NCBI GenBank assembly: GCA_030430565.1
Contig: JAUIKS010000004.1
Span: 333,992-397,991 of the forward strand
Length of the DNA: 64,000 bases
Source: Polyangia bacterium
GTDB lineage: Bacteria; Myxococcota_A; Polyangia; Nannocystales; Nannocystaceae
Direction of reading: 5' to 3'
In this document: piece after piece, positions 19,892-28,966 of the stretch
Numbering within the stretch: position 1 is the stretch's first letter
Layout of the letters: the number at the start of each line of letters is the position of its first letter
Made by a program: the position numbers and the translations under genes
The notes under the pieces: generated by a model
Seen by the model: the letters and a program-made list of their open reading frames with translations, nothing else
The model's database searches: none
Told to the model about the DNA's origin: nothing

Positions 19892-20446
19892 GTGAGCACG
19901 GAGCTGGACGCTCAAGCCCCGCGAGCGGAGCGCGCCCGACTCGGCGTGCGCTGGGTGGTGACCCGCGCGTCGGGAGCACCGCGGCCGCTGGCGCGCGCGC
20001 TGGCGCGCCGGCTGTGGCGGGCGGGGCGGAGACTCGGCGTCCCCCGCGGGGCGCTGACCCAGCTGACGATCTTCGTGGTCGGCGACGACGAGATCGCGGC
20101 GCTCAACCGCGCGCATATGGGGAAGCGTGGGCCGACCGACGTGCTCTCGTTCCCGGCCGCCGCCGGTCTCAGCGTGTCCTTCGACGGGGACGCCCCAGGG
20201 CTCGGTCTGCCCCACGCCGGCCCGGGCGAGCTGGTGCTGTGCTGGCCGGCGGTCACCCGGCAGGCCCGCTCGCTGGCCGCCCGCGACCTGCTCGACGAGG
20301 CGAGCGTGCTCGCGGTCCACGGTCTCGCGCATCTTCTCGGCCACGATCACCGCGTCGCGGCCCAGGGACGGCGTATGCACGCGGCCGAGCGGCGGGCGCT
20401 GGCGGCGATTCGGGTCGCGGACATCAAGCGGCCGTACGGGCGATAG
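19892..20446 (+). CDS. ybeY: Endoribonuclease YbeY (rRNA maturation factor)
   Basis: Zinc-binding H..AHLLGHDH motif (HGLAHLLGHDH) and the LSFPAA motif. A GTG start is chosen downstream of the HD-GYP stop. Confidence 0.8.
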   Translation: MSTELDAQAPRAERARLGVRWVVTRASGAPRPLARALARRLWRAGRRLGVPRGALTQLTIFVVGDDEIAALNRAHMGKRGPTDVLSFPAAAGLSVSFDGDAPGLGLPHAGPGELVLCWPAVTRQARSLAARDLLDEASVLAVHGLAHLLGHDHRVAAQGRRMHAAERRALAAIRVADIKRPYGR

Positions 20447-20530
20447 CCGTCCCGCTCGTGAGCGCACACCGGCCCGGACAGAGCTCGTCCGCGCTGGACG
20501 ATCGCCCCGCGTCCCGCCTATAACAGGTTC

Positions 20531-21826
20531 GTGATTTTGACCTCGTTCCAGGCGGCGGGTGCGTGGACCGTGGCCATTTCGCTCGTCGCCGCGCCCGCGC
20601 CGGGAGAGAGCGCCACGCCGACCTCGACCGAGGAGAGCGCTCCGTCGACCGCCGCTGACCCAACGGCCGGGCAGGGGACGTTGACGCTCTACGGCGGTGC
20701 GCAGGGCGGGCTATTGGCGGTGCACGGGCCGACCGGAGAGCAGGTCGCCAGCGTCGCGCTCAAGCCCGGCCAGACGGTTGAGATCGCGCTGCCGCCGGGT
20801 CTGTACGACATCCGGCCCGAGGGCCCGGGTGTCAACGGCGCGCCGGTTCGACTCTCGGCCGGCCAGTCGGCCCGATTCGAGCTGCCGGGTCGACCGCCGC
20901 CGCCCCCGCGCGTGGCCGCGGAGCCGGGTGATGGCGAAAACCTCGCCGCTGCGCTGAAGAATCCGCCGCCGGATCCCGCGAAGCCGGAGCGGCCGGCCTG
21001 GAAGCGGCCGGTCGCGCCGATCATGTCCGCGATTACGCCGGGCACCGGCCAGTTTATCAACGGTGAGCTGGGCAAGGGCTTCGGCATGCTGCTCGGGACG
21101 GCCGCGCTGCTGGCCGGATCCGTGGTCCTGTACACCGCCCCGGATCCCCTCGAGGGCGCCGGCGTCGGGGGCAATTCCCAGAGCTTCGGGACGGCGGCCG
21201 TGACCGCGGCGGGCTTCGGCGTGCTCACGGGCGGGCTGCAGCTGCTGTACGCCTCGCAGATCATGGACGCCTACGCGGTCGCGGCCGACAAGCCGGTGCC
21301 GACGCCGCGCAAGCGCCACCGTCTGGCCCTCGAGGTCGGACGCTCAGCGACGGTCGGCTTCCGCGTCGGTGACCCGGCGGCGGCGTTCTATCCGGACTGG
21401 TCGGTGGCGCTGCTCGTGCAGATCGTGCCGCGCTTCTCCTTCGGGCTCTCGGACTTGAGCATGAAGTTTGGGAGCGATGTCGGGCGCGTGACCATGCAGG
21501 CCGGCGCGCGCATGCAGTACCGCTTCTACGATCGCGGCCGCGTGTGGATGTCGGCGGCGCTCGGCTCGATCCTGCAGGGCTCGGTGGGCCGCGGCGGGCC
21601 GGACTCGCTGGTCCTCGGCGCCCCGCCGCCCCCGACCGAGACGAGCTTCGCGGCGGTGCCCTACGGACAGCTCGATCTGCGCTACTTCATCGTCGATCGC
21701 TGGTCGCTCAACCTCGTGCCGCGGGTGAGCGTGCCGCTCGGGACGCGCTTTTACGGGGGCGATCGGGCGATCCCGAAGCACGCGGTGACCTTCGAGCTCG
21801 GGACCGGGGTGGGGGTGTACTTCTGA
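20531..21826 (+). CDS. Hypothetical exported protein with a beta-barrel-like C-terminus
   Basis: GTG start. Hydrophobic N-terminus, Pro-rich linker, and a C-terminal region of alternating hydrophobics ending in GVGVYF, which resembles an OMP C-terminal signature. Confidence 0.4.
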   Translation: MILTSFQAAGAWTVAISLVAAPAPGESATPTSTEESAPSTAADPTAGQGTLTLYGGAQGGLLAVHGPTGEQVASVALKPGQTVEIALPPGLYDIRPEGPGVNGAPVRLSAGQSARFELPGRPPPPPRVAAEPGDGENLAAALKNPPPDPAKPERPAWKRPVAPIMSAITPGTGQFINGELGKGFGMLLGTAALLAGSVVLYTAPDPLEGAGVGGNSQSFGTAAVTAAGFGVLTGGLQLLYASQIMDAYAVAADKPVPTPRKRHRLALEVGRSATVGFRVGDPAAAFYPDWSVALLVQIVPRFSFGLSDLSMKFGSDVGRVTMQAGARMQYRFYDRGRVWMSAALGSILQGSVGRGGPDSLVLGAPPPPTETSFAAVPYGQLDLRYFIVDRWSLNLVPRVSVPLGTRFYGGDRAIPKHAVTFELGTGVGVYF

Positions 21827-22662
21827 TGATGTTCGCGCGACACGGGACTCGGCTGTCTCTTGCAACATGTTTAGGGATCGCGCTCATCGGCGGCGGCTGC
21901 GTGCTCGGCGCGCGCGGGGTCGTCGAGGTCGTCGCGGCCTACTCGATGAGCGACATCGACTCGGTGCGCGTCGACCTCCCAGACACGCCGATCGCGGTCC
22001 GCGGCGTGCCGGGGCAGACGTCGATCGAGCTGACGGGGCGCTGGTTCTCGACCGGCGGGACCGAGTCCGTCGCGCTCGACAACACCGCGGAGCCGCGCTT
22101 TGACTTCGCGGTCGAGGGCCGGTTCGCGCGCTTGACGGCGGTGCTGCCGCTCGAGCACCGCGAGCTGCTCGACCTGGAGGTCGACGAGATCACGCTGGAC
22201 CCCAACCGCAACATCGAGGTGTGGACGGGCCTGGGCAACGTGACGGTGACGCACATGCAGGGCAACGTCTCGGTCGACATCGAGCGCGGGAACATCTTCA
22301 TCGTCGGCGGAGCCGGCGGCGTCGGGGTCCGCACCCAGCGCGGGGACGCCGAGATTCACTCGACCGGGCAGATCGACGCGCACACGGATCGCGGCGAGCT
22401 GCTGCTGTTCCAGGACGGCCCCGGGGGCAACGCGGTGTACGCGAGCAGCGACTTCGGGGATATCCAGGTGACCCTGCGTTCAGCTCAGAACCTGCACCTC
22501 AAGATCGAGGCGTACCGAGATATCCGCGTGCAGACCGGCTCGATCTCGACGGTCACGAGCGAGAGCTTCGAGCGCAAGGTCGGCAACGGGACCGTCGAGG
22601 TGTTCCTGGACGCGCGCGTCGGCAGCGTGACGGTCCTCGAGGACGAGACGGGCGCCGACTGA
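21826..22662 (+). CDS. Putative lipoprotein with DUF4097-like (putative adhesin / LiaG-like) beta-repeat domain
   Basis: Signal peptide and lipobox (LIGGGC), then a repeated beta-strand pattern (NVSVDIERGNIFIVG, GDAEIHSTGQIDAHTDRGELLL, GDIQVTLRS, IEAYRDIRVQTGSI). The ATG overlaps the upstream TGA. Confidence 0.5.
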   Translation: MMFARHGTRLSLATCLGIALIGGGCVLGARGVVEVVAAYSMSDIDSVRVDLPDTPIAVRGVPGQTSIELTGRWFSTGGTESVALDNTAEPRFDFAVEGRFARLTAVLPLEHRELLDLEVDEITLDPNRNIEVWTGLGNVTVTHMQGNVSVDIERGNIFIVGGAGGVGVRTQRGDAEIHSTGQIDAHTDRGELLLFQDGPGGNAVYASSDFGDIQVTLRSAQNLHLKIEAYRDIRVQTGSISTVTSESFERKVGNGTVEVFLDARVGSVTVLEDETGAD

Positions 22663-22741
22663 TCACGCGCCCCCTTGCGGTCGGTTCGGGCGTCGTGATA
22701 TCCAGCGGTCCGCAATTCCAGGGCCGTGACCACGACCCTTC

Positions 22742-22825
22742 GCCAGAGTGGTGGAATTGGTAGACACAGCGGACTCAAAATCCGCCGAGGGCGACCTCTT
22801 GTCGGTTCGAGTCCGACCTCTGGTA
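22742..22825 (+). tRNA. tRNA-Leu (anticodon CAA), long variable arm
   Basis: GCCAGAG acceptor, GTGGAATTGGTAGAC D-arm, anticodon loop CTCAAAA and a GGTTCGAGTCC T-arm. CC is encoded after the discriminator A. Confidence 0.85.
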
Positions 22826-22833
22826 CCCGCCAC

Positions 22834-22872
22834 GCCCGGGAGCTCTTGTCCTCTTCAAGAGCTCCCGGGCGC
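22834..22872 (+). terminator. Perfect 15-bp stem hairpin immediately 3' of tRNA-Leu (processing or terminator hairpin; no U-tract)
   Basis: The sequence reads CCCGGGAGCTCTTGTCCTCTTCAAGAGCTCCCGGG. Confidence 0.35.
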
Positions 22873-23008
22873 TGTCGCAGCGGCGCGCGCGGTAGCTCGC
22901 GTATGCCCGATGTCGCTCTAGCGCGCAGGGCGGTGCAGACCGGCGCGGCGTCCACGGGATTTGTGCGGTGGCCGCCAGGGAGCTGCGGGTGTACGGTCGC
23001 GCTACCCC

Positions 23009-23638
23009 GTGCCAATTCCCGTCACCACGGCCGATAACCTCGCGCGCCACTTGCTGTGCGCGGTGCCGCAGCTCGAGGACCCAAATTTCAAGCGCTCGGT
23101 CGTGCTGATCTTGGAGCACAACGAGGACGGCGCGTTCGGCTTGGTGCTCAATAACCCGATGACCACGCGGGTCGCGGACGTGGTCGACTCGCTGAACCTC
23201 GAGTGGCGCGGCGAGCCAGAGACGACGGTGCGCCGCGGCGGCCCGGTCGAGCCGATCCGAGGCTTCGTGCTGCACGATCAGGTGAACTGGGATCCGCTGG
23301 CGGAGACGGTCGCGGGCGGGCTGCTGCTGACGACCTCGCTGGACGCGGTGACGCGCTCGGGGGCGGCGTCGATCGGGGGCGAGGCGGAGCAGTTCCTGTT
23401 CTTGCTGGGCTACGCGGGCTGGGGAGCGAGCCAGCTCGAGGGCGAGATGGCGGTGGGGAGTTGGGTGTCGGTGCCGCTTCGCGGGGTGACGAGCCCGGCG
23501 GATGGCTTGGGCGTTTCCGCGCGCTGGATCCTGACGGCGAAGCCTTCGAAGATGTGGGCGGAGGCGCTGCGCTCGACGGGGATTGATCCGGCTCGAGTTG
23601 TCGCTTTTCGCGGTCGCGGCGAGCCTGCTCAGAGCTGA
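23009..23638 (+). CDS. algH: YqgE/AlgH family protein (UPF0301)
   Basis: Contains LEDPNFKRSVVLILEHNEDGAFGLVLNNP and GGPVE...GFVLH, typical of AlgH/YqgE. A GTG start was chosen. Confidence 0.7.
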   Translation: MPIPVTTADNLARHLLCAVPQLEDPNFKRSVVLILEHNEDGAFGLVLNNPMTTRVADVVDSLNLEWRGEPETTVRRGGPVEPIRGFVLHDQVNWDPLAETVAGGLLLTTSLDAVTRSGAASIGGEAEQFLFLLGYAGWGASQLEGEMAVGSWVSVPLRGVTSPADGLGVSARWILTAKPSKMWAEALRSTGIDPARVVAFRGRGEPAQS

Positions 23639-23999
23639 CTTGGCTCTCTCGTCGTCCTCTCGTTGTTCTCGATCTTTCTCGAGATTCCTCGAGTTGAGTT
23701 CGTGCCTTTGGGCTTTTTGTCTCGAGGTTTGTTCTCGCTTGGCTCCGCGGGGCTCTTGGAGGGAGGGGCGGGGGGCGCTCCATGCGGGACGCGCATGACC
23801 GACGCCCTTCGGGCGCCGGTCATACGGTTTAAGTCCTCTTCCGACCCCCCGCCCCTCCCTCTCCGCCCCGCTCCGTGCTTGCGGGGACGGTGCCCTTGGG
23901 CCGGTTTGGTGCGGGGCTCTTGGCGGGCGTCACGGGAGCGACTCCCTTCGGGGCCGCTCCCATGCGCTTGGTGCTTTTGCGGTCGTGGCTCGCGCGTTG

Positions 24000-24215
24000 G
24001 CGACGGTGGATCGGGGTCGTCGGCGGGCGGCGATGGTGGGATCGGGGTCGTCGGCGGGCGGCGGTGGTGGGATCGGCGTCGTCGGCGGGCGGCGATGGTG
24101 GGATCGGAGTCGTCGGCGGGCGGCGGTGGTGGATCGGAGTCGTCGGCGGGCGGCGATGGTGGATCGGAGTCGTCGGCGGGCGGCGATGGTGGATCGGGCG
24201 TCGGGCTCGGCGGAG
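24000..24215. repeat. Seven tandem copies of a 30/31-bp G-rich repeat (GGATCGGGGTCGTCGGCGGGCGGCGATGGTG), non-coding
   Basis: GATCGG recurs at 24009, 24040, 24071, 24102, 24132, 24162 and 24192. The period is 31, 31, 31, 30, 30, 30, which is not a multiple of 3. Confidence 0.8.
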
Positions 24216-24266
24216 CGGGAGACTGCGCGCGGCGGTGGGTGGAGCGAGCTGCTACGATCGGCGGAC

Positions 24267-25667
24267 ATGGGGCGGGTGTGTCGGCGCGGCGGGGCGATTT
24301 CGATCTCGGTCGGTGTTGGTCTGGGATGTCTCTTGGGCCTGATGGCTGGGGAGGCGGCGGCGCGCGAGCCCGTGGACGTGGACGTGCCGTGGGTGCTGAG
24401 GCCGGCGGAGGTGTCGCCGCGGGGGGTGGATCATCCGGTCACGCCCGGGGTGCTGTTCTTGGCGATGGACGGCGTGGAGCTGCGTCGGTTCTGTGGCGCC
24501 GCCGAGCCGCAGGTCGCGAACGGGGCGCTGAATTGCACGCCGTTGGTGGATGAGGAGGTCAGCTTCCCGGCGTGGGGGAGCGACGTGCAGCGGCTCGGGC
24601 TGCTGCAGAAGCTGAACGAGATGTACGCGCCCTACGACCTGGTCATCTCGCACGCGCGCCCGCCGGACTGGCTGCCGTACACGATGGCGGTGGTCGGCGG
24701 CGACGCGTCGCTGGTGGGCGCGAGCGCGGGCGTGTGCGGCCTGGCGAACGTCGCGTGTGACGGGGCTAAGCGCAACCACGTGTCCTTGACGTTCCCGGAG
24801 AATTGCCCGGACGCGGTGGCGGCGGTCGCGGCCCAGGAGACGGCGCATAACTGGGGTCTCGAGCACGTGACGGCGCAGTCGGACATCATGTACCCGTTCA
24901 CGGCCGTGGGCGCGCCGAGCTTTCGGGATGAGTGCACGCCGGTGTCGAACGCGACCGGCAGCCCGACGACGAGCTGTCCGTATGTTCATCGCGCGTACTG
25001 CCCGGAGGGCGACGGCGAGGAGCAGAACGGGCACGCGGAGCTGCTGGGGGTGTTCGGGCCGCGGACGACGGACGAGACGCCGCCGAAGATCGTCGAGACG
25101 ACGCCTCGCAGCGGCGACGTGTGGACGACCGCGGACACGTTCCCGATCACGGCGCGCTTCGAGGAGGCGTCGGGCTACCTCGCGGTCCGCTGGACGTGGA
25201 CCGAGGGCGCGCCGGCGGAGCTGGACGTGGGCGACGATGAGCTGTTCACGAGCTGCACCAACGGGGTGTGTGATCTCGGCTTCGGGCTGTGGAAGGATCC
25301 GAGCGAGTTCTACGAGTTCGTCGTGTTCACGAGGCCGCCCGCGGGGGAGTACGCGATGCTCGTGGAGGCCATGGACGCCCAGGGGCACTACGCGGCGCGG
25401 GAGCTGCGGTTCACGGTGGTCGAGGGCGCGTCACCGAGCGAGACCGGGACGCCGGGCGACGGCACGGGCGATGTCGAGACGGGGCCCGCGTGGACGGCGA
25501 ACGCGAGCGGCGGCGGGGACGGCGACGGGACCGAGAGCGGCGAGGGTGACGAGGATGTCGGCTGCGGGTGCCGCAGCGATCGCCCGCGGGCTCCGGGCGG
25601 GAGGACGTCCGCGCTCTGGATCCTGCTCACGCTCGCGGCGACGGCGCGGCGCAGACCGACGCGCTGA
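24267..25667 (+). CDS. Secreted metalloprotease-like protein with a MYXO-CTERM sorting signal
   Basis: Signal peptide (MGRVCRRGGAISISVGVGLGCLLGLMAGEAAA). A putative zinc-binding segment QETAHNWGLEH. Many Cys residues. The C-terminus GCGCRSD...SALWILLTLAATARRRPTR fits the MYXO-CTERM pattern of Cys-Gly-Cys, a hydrophobic stretch, then Arg-rich. Confidence 0.6.
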   Translation: MGRVCRRGGAISISVGVGLGCLLGLMAGEAAAREPVDVDVPWVLRPAEVSPRGVDHPVTPGVLFLAMDGVELRRFCGAAEPQVANGALNCTPLVDEEVSFPAWGSDVQRLGLLQKLNEMYAPYDLVISHARPPDWLPYTMAVVGGDASLVGASAGVCGLANVACDGAKRNHVSLTFPENCPDAVAAVAAQETAHNWGLEHVTAQSDIMYPFTAVGAPSFRDECTPVSNATGSPTTSCPYVHRAYCPEGDGEEQNGHAELLGVFGPRTTDETPPKIVETTPRSGDVWTTADTFPITARFEEASGYLAVRWTWTEGAPAELDVGDDELFTSCTNGVCDLGFGLWKDPSEFYEFVVFTRPPAGEYAMLVEAMDAQGHYAARELRFTVVEGASPSETGTPGDGTGDVETGPAWTANASGGGDGDGTESGEGDEDVGCGCRSDRPRAPGGRTSALWILLTLAATARRRPTR

Positions 25668-25685
25668 TCGGGGATGACCCTTAAG

Positions 25686-26072
25686 TCAGGGTCGCTGACG
25701 CAGACCGGCGATCGCGACGCAGAGCCAGCCGCCCATCATCGAGAGACCGCCGATCGGCGCGACCGCGCCGAGCGTGCGGGGACCGCCGAGCGCGAGGGCG
25801 TAGAGCGATCCCGAGAAGAACAGGATGCCGACGGTGAGCAGCAGCATCGCCGCGCTCTTGAGGCGCCCGGGATCCCGCGTCGCCCAGACCGCGACCGCCA
25901 AGAGCACGACCGCGTGCAGCTGCTGGTAGCTGGCGGCGGTGCCCCAGGTCTCGAGCGAGCGCGCGTCGAGGCTGTCGCGGAGGCCGTGGGCGCCGAAGGC
26001 CCCGGCCGCGACGCCGAGCAGTCCAAACAGGCCCGCGAGCGCGGCGCCGATGCGCGCGTTGATCCAGTTCAC
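25686..26072 (-). CDS. DUF423 (YgdD/TMEM256-like) small membrane protein
   Basis: Four predicted TM helices. Reads GAHGL...SYQQLHAVVLL, which resembles DUF423. Confidence 0.65.
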   Translation of the reverse strand: MNWINARIGAALAGLFGLLGVAAGAFGAHGLRDSLDARSLETWGTAASYQQLHAVVLLAVAVWATRDPGRLKSAAMLLLTVGILFFSGSLYALALGGPRTLGAVAPIGGLSMMGGWLCVAIAGLRQRP

Positions 26073-26680
26073 TCGTCCGCTCCTCGTTGTGTCTTCGCCC
26101 CGGCCGGTTCGGCCTTGACGGGCTTGTTGTCGGCCTTGGCGTCCGCCTCCATCGCCGCGGTCACGCGCGCGCGGGTGCGAGCGGGCGCGCGCGGGGCGAG
26201 CTCGGGGTCGTCGCCCTTGCCGAAGCGCCGGTGGTTCTCGACCTCACGCGTGACCCAGCCGCGGAACTCAACCTCGTCGCCGCTGGGCAGCTGCACGAGG
26301 TAGGGGACCTGCTTGAAGAAGGTGCTCGAGCCGATCTCGTCGAGCCAGAGCGCGGCGTCTTTGATGTCGCGGCCGAGCATCGACGTCTTGGTCTCGAGCA
26401 TGGCGGTGAAGTCGTAGCCGTTCATCGCGCGGCGCGTGCCGCCCTTGATGACGACGAAGGTGTAGTCGCTTCGCGTGACGGCGTCGAGGTACTCGCGGAT
26501 GCCCTCGGGCATCGGGTCGCTCTGCAGCCGCTTGACCGCGTCGTCGATCGCTTTCTCACGCTCCTCCTGGCGCTCGGAGGCGGCCGTGATGCGCTCGGCG
26601 AGGCGCTCGTCGCAGCCGGTCTGCGGCAGGAGCAGACACGCGGCGAGCGCGAGGCTGGGGCGGATGCGCGATCGTGGCAC
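26069..26680 (-). CDS. Hypothetical lipoprotein
   Basis: Signal peptide plus lipobox LLPQTGC. Its stop overlaps the start of the DUF423 gene. Confidence 0.5.
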   Translation of the reverse strand: MPRSRIRPSLALAACLLLPQTGCDERLAERITAASERQEEREKAIDDAVKRLQSDPMPEGIREYLDAVTRSDYTFVVIKGGTRRAMNGYDFTAMLETKTSMLGRDIKDAALWLDEIGSSTFFKQVPYLVQLPSGDEVEFRGWVTREVENHRRFGKGDDPELAPRAPARTRARVTAAMEADAKADNKPVKAEPAGAKTQRGADE

Positions 26681-28095
26681 GGGCTGCTAGGCTAGCACCC
26701 GCCGTGGCCCTGCATCACCTGTCAGCGGACAACCAGTCGCAGCCAGATCTGCTCGATCACGGCTGGCGGCGCGATCCCAACGCCGTGCCGCTGGCCGAGC
26801 GAATGCGGCCCACGACGATCGAGGCGTTCGCGGGGCAGGGGCACATCGTCGGCGAGGGGCGCGTGCTCCGGCGGATCCTCGAGCGGGCCGGCCGGCGCGT
26901 GCCGAGCCTGATCTTGTGGGGGCCCCCGGGGGTCGGCAAGACCACGCTCGCCGGCATCCTCGCGGGCGCGTCGAACATGCAGTTCGTGGTCCTCTCGGCC
27001 ACGCAGTCAGGGGTCGCCCAGCTGCGCGCGGTGATCGGCGAGGCCCGGACGCGGCGCCGGACCGGGCGCGGCACGCTGCTGTTCATCGACGAGATTCACC
27101 GCTTCAACAAGGCGCAGCAGGACGCCCTGCTGCCGCACGTCGAGGCCGGCGTCTGCTCGCTGATCGGCGCGACCACGGAGAACCCGAGCTTCGAGGTCAA
27201 CGCCGCGCTGCTCAGCCGCACGCGCGTGCTGCAGCTGCGACCGATCGAGATCCCGGCGCTCGCGGGCGTGCTGCGGCGCGCGCTCGAGGACGAGGATCGC
27301 GGGCTGGGGGGCCGCGGGCTCACGGCGCCCGACGGCCTGCTCGCCGCGCTCGCGCACGCGGCCCGCGGCGACGCGCGGCGCGCCCTCAACACCCTCGAGC
27401 TGGCCGCTGATTTATTGCCCGAGGGACAGACCGAGCTGACGCGCGAGATCGTCAGCCAGGCGCTCGGGGGCGCGTCGCTGCGCTACGACAAGGACGGCGA
27501 GGAGCACTACAACGTGGTCTCGGCGCTCATTAAGTCGATGCGCGCGAGCGACCCCGACGGCGCGGTCTACTGGCTCGCGCGCATGCTCGAGGCCGGCGAG
27601 GACGTGAACTTCGTCTCGCGCCGGCTGCTGATCTTCGCCAGCGAGGACATCGGCAACGCTGACCCGCAGGCGCTGACCGTCGCGAGCGCGGCCGCGCAGG
27701 CGGCCCACCAAGTCGGGCTGCCCGAGGCCGTGCTGCCGCTGACGCAGGCCTGCCTGTACCTCGCGCTCGCGCGTAAGAGCAACGCGGTGCTGACGGCCTA
27801 CGCGAACGCGCGCAAGGCCGTGCACCGCTTCGGCGCGCTCGACGTGCCGCTCGCGGTGCGCAACGCGGTCACGCCGCTGATGAAGGCCTCGCAGTACGGC
27901 GTCGGCTACAAGTACCCCCACGACTTCGAGGGCAACGTGGTCCCGGGCGGCGTCTCGTACCTACCCGATCGACTGCAGGGCACGCGGCTGGTCGAGCCCA
28001 GCGCGCACGGCTGGGAGGCCCAGGCGCGGGCGCGCCTCGACCGGCTGACGCGCGGCGAGGCGGCGGACGCGGGCACGGAGGGCGCGCCGGAGTAG
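26674..28095 (+). CDS. rarA: Replication-associated recombination protein A (AAA+ ATPase)
   Basis: PLAERMRP, Walker [14 protein letters not shown], Walker [13 protein letters not shown] and a MgsA C-terminal domain. The start may lie slightly downstream of 26674. Confidence 0.85.
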   Translation: MARAARLAPAVALHHLSADNQSQPDLLDHGWRRDPNAVPLAERMRPTTIEAFAGQGHIVGEGRVLRRILERAGRRVPSLILWGPPGVGKTTLAGILAGASNMQFVVLSATQSGVAQLRAVIGEARTRRRTGRGTLLFIDEIHRFNKAQQDALLPHVEAGVCSLIGATTENPSFEVNAALLSRTRVLQLRPIEIPALAGVLRRALEDEDRGLGGRGLTAPDGLLAALAHAARGDARRALNTLELAADLLPEGQTELTREIVSQALGGASLRYDKDGEEHYNVVSALIKSMRASDPDGAVYWLARMLEAGEDVNFVSRRLLIFASEDIGNADPQALTVASAAAQAAHQVGLPEAVLPLTQACLYLALARKSNAVLTAYANARKAVHRFGALDVPLAVRNAVTPLMKASQYGVGYKYPHDFEGNVVPGGVSYLPDRLQGTRLVEPSAHGWEAQARARLDRLTRGEAADAGTEGAPE

Positions 28096-28154
28096 CGGCT
28101 CCCCGCGACTCGGTGGGTGACAAGCCGCCACGAGCCCGCTACGAAGGTCGCGCG

Positions 28155-28895
28155 ATGGTTCGACTCAGCGTCAACGTCAACAAGATCGCCACTCTCCGCA
28201 ACGCGCGGGGCGGCGCGATCCCGAGCGTCACCGAGGCCGCGCGGGTGTGCATCGAGGAGGGCGCCCCGGGGATCACCGTGCACCCCCGCGAGGATCAGCG
28301 GCACATCCGGCCCGGCGACGTCGACGCGCTCGCCGAGCTGCTCGGGCCGCTGCGCGATCGCGTCGAGTTCAACATCGAGGGCGACCCGCGGCCCGATCTG
28401 ATGGACCACGTGCGGCGCGTCCGCCCGCATCAGTGCACGCTGGTGCCGGTCGTGCCGGGCGAGATCACGAGCCAGGCGGGCTGGATCGCGGGCGCGTCGC
28501 GGCGCGAGCTCGTCGCCGAGATCCGCGGGCTCCAGGCCGTCGGCGTCCGCGTCTCGTTGTTCGTCGATCCGGAGCCGGACGCGATCCACTGGGCGGCTGA
28601 GCTGGGCGCGAATCGCATCGAGCTGTACACCGAGCCCTACGCGCGCGCTTGGGAGCGCGGGCGCGAGCACGCGGAGGCGTCGTTTCGTCGCTACGCGGAC
28701 GCGGCCGAGCTCGCGCACAAGCTCGGCCTCGGGATCAACGCCGGGCACGACCTCGATCTCGACAACCTGCAGCTGTTCCGCGAGCTGCCGCACCTCGACG
28801 AGGTGTCGATCGGGCACGCGCTGATCAGCCGGGCGGTGTTCGTCGGGCTCCCGCGCGTGATCGGCGAGTACCTCGAGCTGCTGCGCCGTGAATAA
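28155..28895 (+). CDS. pdxJ: Pyridoxine 5'-phosphate synthase
   Basis: Reads MVRLSVNVNKIATLRNARGG...ITVHPREDQRHI...GHALI, the PdxJ signature. Confidence 0.9.
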   Translation: MVRLSVNVNKIATLRNARGGAIPSVTEAARVCIEEGAPGITVHPREDQRHIRPGDVDALAELLGPLRDRVEFNIEGDPRPDLMDHVRRVRPHQCTLVPVVPGEITSQAGWIAGASRRELVAEIRGLQAVGVRVSLFVDPEPDAIHWAAELGANRIELYTEPYARAWERGREHAEASFRRYADAAELAHKLGLGINAGHDLDLDNLQLFRELPHLDEVSIGHALISRAVFVGLPRVIGEYLELLRRE

Positions 28896-28966
28896 CCTGT
28901 CGAAGTGGTCAGGTTACCCATGAGGCGCGCGGCCGCGCGCGAGCGCGTGACGCGTGCGTCTGTACG

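Noticed and set aside
22485-23037. ORFs 22485-23015 (-) and 22726-23037 (+)
   Set aside because: They overlap the tRNA-Leu gene and its 3' hairpin and have no protein-like composition.
24000-24215. CRISPR array
   Set aside because: The units are contiguous tandem repeats with no unique spacers. The period is 30-31 bp and there are no cas genes nearby.
23985-24266. Upstream extension of the protease ORF through the tandem repeats
   Set aside because: A period that is not a multiple of 3 scrambles the frame. The translation is Arg/Gly junk. A good signal peptide starts at the ATG at 24267.
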